Program-made: the position numbers and the translations under genes
Shown: in pieces, positions 18,092-25,851 of the stretch
How the letters are laid out: every line of letters starts with the position of its first letter
Numbering within the stretch: position 1 is the stretch's first letter
Source of the DNA: a virus
Taxonomy: Duplodnaviria; Caudoviricetes
IMG/VR virus record: IMGVR_UViG_3300030397_000846
Span: 1 to 28,734 of that record
DNA length: 28,734 nt
Reading direction: 5' to 3' (one strand)
Notes under the pieces: generated by a model
Databases searched by the model: none
The model's input: only the letters and a program-made list of their open reading frames with translations
What the model was told of the DNA's origin: nothing

Positions 18092-18344
18092 CGAGTCTTC
18101 CTCCGCTCATAATGGCTACCATGCCCTCGGCAACGAATGCTTGCCACTCGTTTGTTCCTGACACAAGACCTCGTGCCTTTGCTGCAACGATAGCCTCTCG
18201 ACGCGCTCGACGCTTCCGATCGACCATGGGATCGGGCTCGACGTGAGGTTTCTTGTCTCGATAGCCCTGATCTTTCCAGGTTTCGACTTCGCCTTCGGGA
18301 ACGAAGACCTCGTTACCCCAGCGATCCCAGAGGCTTTTCATCAT
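18078..18344 (-). CDS. Hypothetical protein (88 aa)
   Basis: Start re-assigned to ATG 18344 (AAGGAGG SD, ATGA overlap with the PAS gene stop). Its end overlaps the next gene. Confidence 0.7.
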   Translation of the reverse strand: MMKSLWDRWGNEVFVPEGEVETWKDQGYRDKKPHVEPDPMVDRKRRARREAIVAAKARGLVSGTNEWQAFVAEGMVAIMSGGRLDVED

Positions 18345-18952
18345 CGCCCCTCCTTGTTCTTGTCCATGGCGTTGATGCCACCGAGAACAGTCCTCACCCC
18401 GACGACTGAAACCAGGATCTCCTTTGCACCCTCGACTCCGAGAATCCAGCCGATACCAGCAATGATCGCGGCGACGAATGGAATCCAGTTCTGAGCTTGG
18501 AGATAGATGGGTACTTTCTTCTCGGATCTCTCGGAGACGATCGCGCAAATACCTTCAACGGCATTTGTCTCGATGCACCGAACAGGAAAGAAGATCACAA
18601 AGACCGGAAATGTTTTGCCATCTGGTCCCAGGGCCACCACTCGGCTTCGCGGATCAGACATGTTTCGGACTGCTGGTGTTCGATAGACGGACTCGACGTT
18701 TGCTCGATGCTTGTCCCTGAGACCTTCCGGAACGAGGTCGTGGATAGACTTCTGACCGAAGTCTTCCCCCGTTACACCGAACAGCCTCATAAACTGCCCG
18801 TTGCAATCCACGATCTCATGTTCGAGGTTGATGACGACCATTGGGTCTTGAACCTCACTCATGCGGAAGCTAATCTCCCGCCTTTGATCACTCAAAGCCC
18901 TCTCCTTCTTCACTACAGGCCGTTGCAATACCAGTGCGCTGTGTTCGTTCAT
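18341..18952 (-). CDS. PAS-domain protein (FixL-like, putative heme-binding) with C-terminal transmembrane, holin-like segment
   Basis: Residues about 33-142: DPMVVI...N..F.RLFG...LVPE.LR.KH...R.M...DGKTFPV. Residues 156-195 form two hydrophobic segments, followed by the charged tail DKNKEGR. ATGA-coupled on both sides. Confidence 0.85.
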   Translation of the reverse strand: MNEHSALVLQRPVVKKERALSDQRREISFRMSEVQDPMVVINLEHEIVDCNGQFMRLFGVTGEDFGQKSIHDLVPEGLRDKHRANVESVYRTPAVRNMSDPRSRVVALGPDGKTFPVFVIFFPVRCIETNAVEGICAIVSERSEKKVPIYLQAQNWIPFVAAIIAGIGWILGVEGAKEILVSVVGVRTVLGGINAMDKNKEGR

Positions 18953-19422
18953 GGTCCAAATATCGCCTGTAGCTCGGCAATGGTCTCTGACACCATTCCC
19001 GCCGGGGCTTGGACTGAGAACCCTCCCTGGACGAGCACTCTGCCGAATCGATCCTCTCTCTTATCGGCACTCGGCCCTGGGTCGCTGGGTTGGAACAGTC
19101 CTTCTTCCAGTACCAAAATGTGGGGGACGTTGTTGGTAAGAAAGAATGCAGAGAATGGCACGATGGCTTCGACCGTAGCCGCAGCCTTCGTAATAGTGCT
19201 TCCACCCGTTTTGTCTGGGGTGTCTACTGTTCCTGAAGCTGGGGAACCGATGGTAGCTTGCCAATTCCCGCGAGTCCGTCCAGTGTCAACGGGTGTCTTG
19301 AGGATTACCCGTCGCAGAGCATCGAGGGCGAGCCGCTTGTGAAAGAGAACCAGTTCTGGCTCTGTGAAGTCTTTCGTAACCCGGCTAAGCTCTCTCTGGA
19401 ACTCACGAGCATTTGATGGCAT
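18949..19422 (-). CDS. HK97 gp10-like tail completion / neck protein
   Basis: TPVDTGRTRGNWQ, NNVPHI..LE.G, S.QAPAGMV. Confidence 0.92.
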   Translation of the reverse strand: MPSNAREFQRELSRVTKDFTEPELVLFHKRLALDALRRVILKTPVDTGRTRGNWQATIGSPASGTVDTPDKTGGSTITKAAATVEAIVPFSAFFLTNNVPHILVLEEGLFQPSDPGPSADKREDRFGRVLVQGGFSVQAPAGMVSETIAELQAIFGP

Positions 19423-19426
19423 TTAC

Positions 19427-19792
19427 CTACCGCCTCAGTTGAAGCTCGTAGGCCGCTACCTGTTCCCCGGAATAGATTCGCTTGATGGAGACGATGTGCC
19501 ATTTCTCACTGTCGAACTCGACCCGTTGCCCCTCGTCGGGAGTGATGGTCAAGCCCTGCGCTGCAATGATAGTCTGGACGTCGCCCTCTTTGACCAGATC
19601 GCCTGTGATGTACTTGCGTGCGTACGGAGCAGGAGGTGAGCCCTTGACGACGACCGAGCTTTCGGAGACGGTGACACTTCCCGTGGTGGCATCATAGGAC
19701 TCGCTTCCCTTCACGATGAAGGTCAGGTCCTTGCCGAAGGTGGAGAGAAGGTCTTTCGCTACCGGTCTTAGTGCGTCGTCAAGGGTCGTCAT
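19427..19792 (-). CDS. Head closure (stopper) protein
   Basis: 121 aa. L...FGK...YDATTG...V.EGD...W.IV......YELQLRR. Follows the adaptor. Confidence 0.85.
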   Translation of the reverse strand: MTTLDDALRPVAKDLLSTFGKDLTFIVKGSESYDATTGSVTVSESSVVVKGSPPAPYARKYITGDLVKEGDVQTIIAAQGLTITPDEGQRVEFDSEKWHIVSIKRIYSGEQVAAYELQLRR

Positions 19793-19793
19793 C

Positions 19794-20309
19794 TCAGCTT
19801 CGTTCCAACACGTCAGTATCCACGATCAGGTTTCGGATCTTGCCGACGATCGCCGTACGGAACGTCTCGTTCTGAGCACCGCCCAGGTATTCGGTATCTT
19901 GCGTCAGCGGGCCGACTGTGTTTCGCTGTCTCTTGATCGTCCCCACGGGAGCGGTAAGATCAGCGGTGAGGTCGGTACTGGCCGAATCAAGGGCGGCTTC
20001 AGCAAGGGCATCTTGGAGGTCTTGCGGGATCTCGTTCGAATCGATCACGAACCCGTCTTGATCCTCGGCATTTGCCCGTGGCCAGGAGAGGGCTTGTGTC
20101 TTCACGGTACGCTGACCGATCCAACGCCCTTTCCAACTCACTTCGAGAAACTTGGTGCCGTCACGCAAGGCTTGTTCCTTGTCAGTGACCGCATCCCAAG
20201 CTGTCTTTGTTCCGTTGTTCTCATGGTACTGGTCGGCATCGGCCACACTCATGTAAGAGTTGGCGTCTGCTTTCCCAGTACCATCTTCAACGACGAACGT
20301 AGCAGCCAT
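19794..20309 (-). CDS. Head-tail adaptor (often annotated 'DnaT-like ssDNA-binding')
   Basis: VVEDGTG.ADANSY.SVADAD.YH...W.G.R...QALSWPR...IP..L..A.AE.A...VGPL...Y. Confidence 0.9.
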   Translation of the reverse strand: MAATFVVEDGTGKADANSYMSVADADQYHENNGTKTAWDAVTDKEQALRDGTKFLEVSWKGRWIGQRTVKTQALSWPRANAEDQDGFVIDSNEIPQDLQDALAEAALDSASTDLTADLTAPVGTIKRQRNTVGPLTQDTEYLGGAQNETFRTAIVGKIRNLIVDTDVLERS

Positions 20310-20338
20310 AGCGAAACTCCGAAGAGAAGGTCAGCGAC

Positions 20339-20584
20339 CTACTTGTCTTGGCCTTGCTTCTCCGCGGCGGTCCGACCTCCGGCCTTCGGCTTGGGCTTGG
20401 CCTTCGTGACCTCCTGCTCACGGAATTCGGCCGTTCCGATAGCGACCATTTCGCGAGCGTCGATCGGGGAGACGCGACGGTACTCTTTGGCCTCGAGGTC
20501 GTAGACCTTGACCGTCCCCTTGTCGTCGAGCATACTCGCGTTGGGCGCTTGGACCTTGGCCGGTGCTCTCTTCTCTTCGGACAT
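20339..20584 (-). CDS. Small basic hypothetical protein after the cement gene (81 aa)
   Basis: ATG at 20584 with GGAG SD; biased codons; motif SPIDAREMV. Confidence 0.75.
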   Translation of the reverse strand: MSEEKRAPAKVQAPNASMLDDKGTVKVYDLEAKEYRRVSPIDAREMVAIGTAEFREQEVTKAKPKPKAGGRTAAEKQGQDK

Positions 20585-20586
20585 GA

Positions 20587-21033
20587 TCAGGCTCCGGGCT
20601 GTTGCTTGGCGATGAACGCCGAGTAGGTGATGGACGGGGTGGTCCCGGCGACGACCGTGTAGAGACGGGCGTAGCGGAACACGGTGTCGACCCCGTTGAG
20701 CCGGGCCTCGTTGCGGAAGCCCAGCAAGTAACGGCCCACCACGCTGTCGCGGTTCGAGTCCGAGCGCATGACCTCGGCGGCGCCGAGCGTCAGGCTGGCG
20801 AGGTCGATGATGTTCGTGTCGGTCCCGAAGTCGCTGTCCGGCGAGAGCTGGACCACGATGTCGTAGATTTCGTTGTTGCTGGCGATGTCGAGGGCCGAGA
20901 CGTCGATGACCACGTCTCCATGGACCGCTCCGTCCCCGAGATCGAGGATCGTCGCGACCGCCGCCGAGGAAGTGACCGCACCGCTCGTCTTGAGTTCGAG
21001 CAGGCTGTCGAAGGTCTTGTTGGTGAGGCTCAT
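20587..21033 (-). CDS. Capsid cement / decoration protein (jelly-roll, Bbp16-like)
   Basis: 148 aa from ATG 21033 (AAAGGAGA SD). FD..L.L...ILDLG...Y.I.VQ.S...F...RY.RLY.VVAGT.PSI.YSAF. Directly after the MCP. Confidence 0.8.
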   Translation of the reverse strand: MSLTNKTFDSLLELKTSGAVTSSAAVATILDLGDGAVHGDVVIDVSALDIASNNEIYDIVVQLSPDSDFGTDTNIIDLASLTLGAAEVMRSDSNRDSVVGRYLLGFRNEARLNGVDTVFRYARLYTVVAGTTPSITYSAFIAKQQPGA

Positions 21034-21047
21034 TTTGTCTCCTTTCG

Positions 21048-21977
21048 TTAGGCGACCGCGGCCGCGTTCTTGATGCCCCGGAGACGAGCCGCCGCGCGCG
21101 GGTGTTCGAGGAGGAGCGAGTTGTACCACTCCACCCGGGTCCGCATGACCGGCTTGGCGTCCTGCTCGCCGAGATCTTCGACGTCCATGTCGCCGTTCTG
21201 GATTCCGGAGAGCATGCCCTCGCCGATCGACAGGCAGTAGATCGACGTTCCGACGTTCGAGCCGCCGCCCGGGTTGGCCTCGTTGAAGCCGAGGGTGGCG
21301 TTGACGTCACCGTTGCCGTCGGCGATGAGGATCGGCAGATCGTTGTAGACGGTGACCTGTCGACCGAACTCGTCCTTCATGAACGAGACGTGGCCGCCGA
21401 CGTTCTGGTTGCGCGAGGCCGTGGTCAGGATGCGGCGCATGGCCTTGGTCATGAGGAGGTAGTTCGGCTCGTCGACCGCGTCGATCAACTCGTCGAGCTT
21501 CTCCAGGGAGAGGGCGTCACCGCCCGAGGCGCTGCCGGCGTCGATGAGCTGATCGCCCGTGAGGCGCTTCTGGAGACCGTCGAACTCCTTGACGTTGGTC
21601 TCCGAGTCGCCCTTGACGAAGCGGTGGCTGTACTCGTGCGCCATGGCCTTGATCTTCATCGCCTCGTGCGTGGCGCGGATGTCCTCGCCGTGGAAGCGGA
21701 TCAGGGCCTTGTCGACGTCGAGATCACCACCGAGGATGACCAGTTGCTCGACGAGCGGGTTCAGGACGCCCGCGCCCTCGGTGTAGGCTTCGTTGATGCC
21801 GCGGAAGGCGACGCCCGGGAGCGTTTGCTCCTGACTGTACTTGTAGGCTCCGCCGCTGATGTTGGTGTACATCATGACGCGGAGCAGGTCGGTCGAGCGA
21901 GCGAAGGTCTGGACGACGGCCTGGCGAATCGTGTCGCCCGTCATCTTCTTCGCCGCTTCGAGCAGGGTCACTGCCAT
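21048..21977 (-). CDS. Major capsid protein (HK97 fold, BPP-1 Bbp17-like)
   Basis: 309 aa. MA.TL.EAAK...LPGVAFRGINE...ILGGDLDVD...F.KGD...EFDGLQKR...TSIY...RTRVEWY..L....RAAARL.GI. Extreme codon bias. Confidence 0.93.
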   Translation of the reverse strand: MAVTLLEAAKKMTGDTIRQAVVQTFARSTDLLRVMMYTNISGGAYKYSQEQTLPGVAFRGINEAYTEGAGVLNPLVEQLVILGGDLDVDKALIRFHGEDIRATHEAMKIKAMAHEYSHRFVKGDSETNVKEFDGLQKRLTGDQLIDAGSASGGDALSLEKLDELIDAVDEPNYLLMTKAMRRILTTASRNQNVGGHVSFMKDEFGRQVTVYNDLPILIADGNGDVNATLGFNEANPGGGSNVGTSIYCLSIGEGMLSGIQNGDMDVEDLGEQDAKPVMRTRVEWYNSLLLEHPRAAARLRGIKNAAAVA

Positions 21978-22025
21978 GGTTCTTCCTTTCGAAACGTTGG
22001 TTCACTTACACTGAGGCTTGCAAGT

Positions 22026-22064
22026 GCTTCACCGACGTCCCGTCTCGGAAGCTGGCATCCCGCC
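22026..22064 (-). promoter_or_regulatory. Two GGGAY-pentaloop hairpins in the scaffold-MCP intergenic region
   Basis: GGC-GGGAT-GCC (22054-22064) and GAC-GGGAC-GTC (22034-22044), the latter within a longer GCTTC/GAAGC stem. Confidence 0.55.
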
Positions 22065-22083
22065 GAATGCTCGCGCTCTCGTT

Positions 22084-22893
22084 CTACTCTTCGGCAGCGG
22101 CCGCCGCTCGGCGAGCTGCCCGGAGGTTCTCGACAGGGTTGATCACACCACCCTCTTCGGTGGTCGTCCGGCCCCCGCCTGCGCCGGTCTCTCGTTCTTT
22201 GGTCGAGGTCTTGCCGCCCGGTCCCGAAGAGCCAGACCCGCCGAACCCACCCCTGAAGCGTTCGTCTTCTTTCAGCACCTTGGAAACGAACTCGCTCACA
22301 CCCATGGGATCGGTTTTGCCGGTCTCGCGAGTGATACGGTTCGTCTTGAGATCATCGTCAAGAACCCTGACGACGAATTCGCCTTCGTTCTCTTCGAGCT
22401 TCGTGAACTTCTTGACGATGGGCAGTAGGAGATCGACGCTCCCCTTGGCATCGGCGATGGCCGTGGTCGCTGCACTGTCGACGAGTGCTCGGCGCAGAGC
22501 TTTGGTGAGAACACCCTCTCTGTCGTCCTTTGCCTTCATCTCGCTGGCGTGCTTCTCGATCAACTTCTTCTTCTCGGCCTCGACGAGTTGCTTGGTCTTT
22601 TCGTCTTTGTCCCAGCCATCCATCTCGGCGACCTTCGACATCGCATCCCGCGCTGTGTCTGGGTCGATGTCCTTGAACACCTCGACTTTCTTCTCGGCCT
22701 TATCCTTGGCATCCCGCTCCTTGGCCAAGGCCGACTTCAACCCGGTCACATTCTCGAGTGCGAAGCCGTCGACATCGGTCACGTCGAGGATGTACCCCTT
22801 GGCGTCCTTGCCGTCTCGCTTCTTGTACTCGGCTTTGATCGGGTCTGCGAGTTCGTTGAAGGCTTGTTCCGAAATGATTGCTGCCAGTGCCAT
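22084..22893 (-). CDS. Capsid scaffolding protein
   Basis: 269 aa. Y.LDV...ENVTGLKSAL.KER, coiled-coil core, GGSGSSG linker, C-terminal helix. Between gp7-like and MCP. Confidence 0.88.
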   Translation of the reverse strand: MALAAIISEQAFNELADPIKAEYKKRDGKDAKGYILDVTDVDGFALENVTGLKSALAKERDAKDKAEKKVEVFKDIDPDTARDAMSKVAEMDGWDKDEKTKQLVEAEKKKLIEKHASEMKAKDDREGVLTKALRRALVDSAATTAIADAKGSVDLLLPIVKKFTKLEENEGEFVVRVLDDDLKTNRITRETGKTDPMGVSEFVSKVLKEDERFRGGFGGSGSSGPGGKTSTKERETGAGGGRTTTEEGGVINPVENLRAARRAAAAAEE

Positions 22894-22905
22894 ATGCTAC
22901 TCTCT

Positions 22906-22951
22906 TTCTCGTTGCATCCCGCGCAGAGACGGACGTCCCGTCCAACGAGAA
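22906..22951 (-). promoter_or_regulatory. Structured scaffold leader with two CGGGAYG elements
   Basis: 9-bp outer stem TTCTCGTTG/CAACGAGAA around GGAC-GGGAC-GTCC (22931-22943) and GC-GGGAT-GC (22914-22922), ending 12 nt before the ATG. Confidence 0.55.
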
Positions 22952-22989
22952 GAATCTATGAGACGGGCCCCGAACCTTAGGGAGCTTTT

Positions 22990-24075
22990 TTAAGCGGCAC
23001 TGAGTTGTTCTTCCAGCTTGAGAAGCTGGGTCAATGATAGGGGCCTGTTCTGAGAGTCTGTGAATCTCTGTATGGGGACCACTCCTCTCCTGAAGAGATC
23101 AGCTTTCCCCGGCCCGAGTGCCATATCTTGGAATTGCTTCGACTGAGTCTTCAACCACGGACCATACGTGACGCGCTCCGGAACCTGCCCATTGAGCGAT
23201 GCCCGGGTGCCTTCAGGCGCTTCACGGAGATTGATACCAAGCTCTCTCCAGCTCTTGAGAACCGGGATGATGTCGGATCGACATTGGTGATGCATCGGCG
23301 GGCGTGGACCCTCTCGAAGTCCAAACACTTCACCATCAAGGGATGCGCAGATGTCAGAGGTACGAGAGTCCAGAACACATACAAACTGGACACCCTTGGT
23401 GACGTCTTCGTTGCCAGCAAAAGTTGCCTCTCTTGTAGCCGTTGAGGTGTGCTTGACTGAGGTGCGAACGACTGCCTCTACCTGTCGTCTGAGAAGATGT
23501 TCGACTCCATTTTGCCCTCGTATACGCCTGACAATCTGACTCGTGGTCTCGCCCTGGACAAGACCAATGTCAATCTGTGCCCTTACTGCTTTCTTGCCTG
23601 CTGTCTTGACACCTCTCAGTGCACCTCGCATGTCCACGCCCACGTCACCCATGATCTTTTTGGTGACGACATTTCGAAGAGTGGACAAGCCTGGTGAGTT
23701 GAACTGGAAAGCAATAGGAAGGGCATCATCGATCATGCCGAGAGCGAACTTCGCCTCTGCATTTGAAAAGTCGATCATCGACGACAGCAGGTCTTTGCCC
23801 ATCACGTCGTAACCCGACCCGAGGAGGGCATTGACCGCTTGGATCATCTCCTGGTATCGCTTCGTACTGAAAGGCCCCCGATCGAACCCCCTCGAAGAGA
23901 TTCGATCGAGGCGCCTTGTCATCAGTCCGACGAGGTCGGGGATGATGGATTCTTCGAGGACCTTGACGATCCTCTTGACCTCTCCTGCACTGAACCGCTG
24001 CACTAACACCGCGTGGCGAATCGTCGCGTCACGGAGCAATTCGTTCGCGGTCAGATTGAGTGCAGTGGACGGCAC
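22990..24075 (-). CDS. Minor head protein, SPP1 gp7 / Mu gpF family
   Basis: GLVQGETT.QIVRRIRG...VVRTSV.H...LDSRTS.IC.SLDG...PP.HHQCRS...TRASLNGQVP...TY..WLK.Q....Q...LG..KA.LFR.G. Confidence 0.93.
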   Translation of the reverse strand: MPSTALNLTANELLRDATIRHAVLVQRFSAGEVKRIVKVLEESIIPDLVGLMTRRLDRISSRGFDRGPFSTKRYQEMIQAVNALLGSGYDVMGKDLLSSMIDFSNAEAKFALGMIDDALPIAFQFNSPGLSTLRNVVTKKIMGDVGVDMRGALRGVKTAGKKAVRAQIDIGLVQGETTSQIVRRIRGQNGVEHLLRRQVEAVVRTSVKHTSTATREATFAGNEDVTKGVQFVCVLDSRTSDICASLDGEVFGLREGPRPPMHHQCRSDIIPVLKSWRELGINLREAPEGTRASLNGQVPERVTYGPWLKTQSKQFQDMALGPGKADLFRRGVVPIQRFTDSQNRPLSLTQLLKLEEQLSAA

Positions 24076-24079
24076 AGAA

Positions 24080-24205
24080 TCAGCCCTCGATCAGAGAGTC
24101 GCCGCCGGAGTCTTCGTTCCGCTCGCCGAACTCGTTGTCGTCGATCAGCTCGTCTCGCGGCTTGTCGTCGTCGGGGTGTGTCAGTTCTTCTTCGGGATCG
24201 TACAT
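24080..24205 (-). CDS. 41-aa highly acidic peptide
   Basis: ATG at 24205 after CGAAAGGA (same leader as MCP and cement genes); 17 of 41 residues are D/E. Confidence 0.65.
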   Translation of the reverse strand: MYDPEEELTHPDDDKPRDELIDDNEFGERNEDSGGDSLIEG

Positions 24206-24225
24206 GGAGTTTCCTTTCGTTGGGA

Positions 24226-25851
24226 TCAGATCTGGAACAGCGCCGAGTAGAGCGGGAACTTGAGGGCCTTGGGCCAACCCCCGGAACCCTGCGGCGCGAA
24301 CTCGTAGCCGATCTCGACCGGCTGACGCGGGACGCCCTGGGCGACGTCACCCCAGTTCGAACCCGAGAAGGTGTAGACGAAGTCTTCGGTGAGACGGAGC
24401 ATCTCCTTCCAGGTCTTGCCGTCGAAATCGCCTCCGACGATCTTCTCGTCGCCGTGGTAGTTCGCCATGATGCGAAGCGACGGGATGGAGAAGGCGGTCA
24501 AGACGATGTTGCCGGCGGGCTGGGGCGGATCGATGCGGTAGCGCATCGCGGGCTTCCCGCTGATCGAGTAGATGCCCCTGCGGAAGACGGAGCGGATGAC
24601 CTCGAAGACCTCGTCGAGACGAGTCGTGTACCCGATGGCGCGCATGGCGCCTTCGAGAGCGTCGGTGAGTTGGAGGTTCATCCACGGAGACGCGGGATAG
24701 GCTCCGTTGCTGTGGTTGCGCCAGATCTTGCGAGTCGGGTCGACGAAGCCGAGGTAAGTGTTGACCGTCTCCTCGATCCGATCGCGGATGGCGCCGTCTC
24801 TGGTGAGCATCCACGCCATGGTGATGTTGCGGGCGTGGTTCGCTCCGATACGCGCGCCCCAGGCTCCAGCGTACGGGGGCGAAGTGCGGCGGCAGTAGTC
24901 GACCCAGGCGTCGATGAACGGCTGGAAGAAGGGGTGGCGTCCGGTGAGGAGCCACATGAGGATCATGCCGAGCGGCCATTGCTTGGCCCAGCTCTCGCCG
25001 AAGTAGTCGCCCGGGAAGGCGATGCCCTTCTCGTACTGCTGGCCGCCGTAGTGCTTCGTGCCGGGGACGTTGTTGCGACCGAGACAGCAATGGAAGATCG
25101 CCTGACCGAGGGCGAAATACCAGTCGCGATCGTGGCCGGAGCGGAGCCAGTTGACGATCGGCCAGAGGATGCCGTCGTAATGGCCGTTGTCGAAGCCGTC
25201 TCCCCACTTGGGCATCGCCCAGTGCTTGAAGCCCTCTCGTGGCGAACCGCCGATGCGGACGTGCCAGTGATCCTGGAGCCAGCCCTGGTCGCGACCTCCG
25301 CCCATGACCCGGACGTCGCCTCCCTTGCGCTCGAAGAGGCCGCAGAGGTGAGCGAGAAGCGGGTGATCGTCGAGGAGCTCCAAGCTGGTGATCGATTCGA
25401 GGAAGGTCAGAGCCGCCTTCCGCGAAGAGTCGGTGGGCTCGTGAAAGCCCTGGCCGGTAAAGAAGACCGGCAAGATGTGCCCGCCGGCGAGGACGTGCGA
25501 GTTGTAGGACTCGGGGACGTGGGGACTCGGTTCGAGGTGGGTCGGGTTGCTCTTCGCCGACGGAATGACGAAGGTACCGTCCTCGCCGATCGCCGGCTGA
25601 GAGCCCCTCCAGGGAATGTGCGGGCCGCCGTAGACGCGAAGGCTCTCGATCGAATTGACCTGACCTCTGCCTCCCTGATGCCAGTGGGGCAAGAGAGACT
25701 TGAAAGCCACTCCGTCACCGAATGGGAGATCGTAGCTGCCGATCCCATCCCCGCGATCGACGGGACTCTCGAATGTACCCCCTTCACCCGAGCCGACGGT
25801 GATTGCCGTTCCGTCGTTGAGTGTGAGGACTGCCTTGGTTGACAACTTCAT
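24226..25851 (-). CDS. Hypothetical protein with putative (alpha/alpha)6 toroid, PcRGLX/YetA exo-rhamnogalacturonan-lyase-like
   Basis: 541 aa, ATGA-coupled to portal, high GC3. Helical repeats NGHYD...WLRSG...A...H; W..G.....LLTG; R.......AW.LT.D; PWM...L..AL. The ORF is solid; the family call is tentative. Confidence 0.6.
   Translation of the reverse strand: MKLSTKAVLTLNDGTAITVGSGEGGTFESPVDRGDGIGSYDLPFGDGVAFKSLLPHWHQGGRGQVNSIESLRVYGGPHIPWRGSQPAIGEDGTFVIPSAKSNPTHLEPSPHVPESYNSHVLAGGHILPVFFTGQGFHEPTDSSRKAALTFLESITSLELLDDHPLLAHLCGLFERKGGDVRVMGGGRDQGWLQDHWHVRIGGSPREGFKHWAMPKWGDGFDNGHYDGILWPIVNWLRSGHDRDWYFALGQAIFHCCLGRNNVPGTKHYGGQQYEKGIAFPGDYFGESWAKQWPLGMILMWLLTGRHPFFQPFIDAWVDYCRRTSPPYAGAWGARIGANHARNITMAWMLTRDGAIRDRIEETVNTYLGFVDPTRKIWRNHSNGAYPASPWMNLQLTDALEGAMRAIGYTTRLDEVFEVIRSVFRRGIYSISGKPAMRYRIDPPQPAGNIVLTAFSIPSLRIMANYHGDEKIVGGDFDGKTWKEMLRLTEDFVYTFSGSNWGDVAQGVPRQPVEIGYEFAPQGSGGWPKALKFPLYSALFQI

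Noticed and set aside
19794-20309. DnaT-like replication protein
   Set aside because: Its position between capsid and head-closure genes indicates a head-tail adaptor; the DnaT label is a common annotation for this family.
20339-21310. Long ORF-track versions of several genes (20339-21310, 20587-21129, 18078-18548, 8781-9818, 1479-1889, 24080-24277)
   Set aside because: Their N-terminal extensions overlap upstream genes. Downstream starts with SDs or stop-start overlaps were used instead.
24013-25842. 609-aa plus-strand ORF (and similar ones at 12719-14287, 21102-22142, 11501-12493)
   Set aside because: Antisense shadows of high-GC3 minus-strand genes, with no SD and no recognisable motifs.
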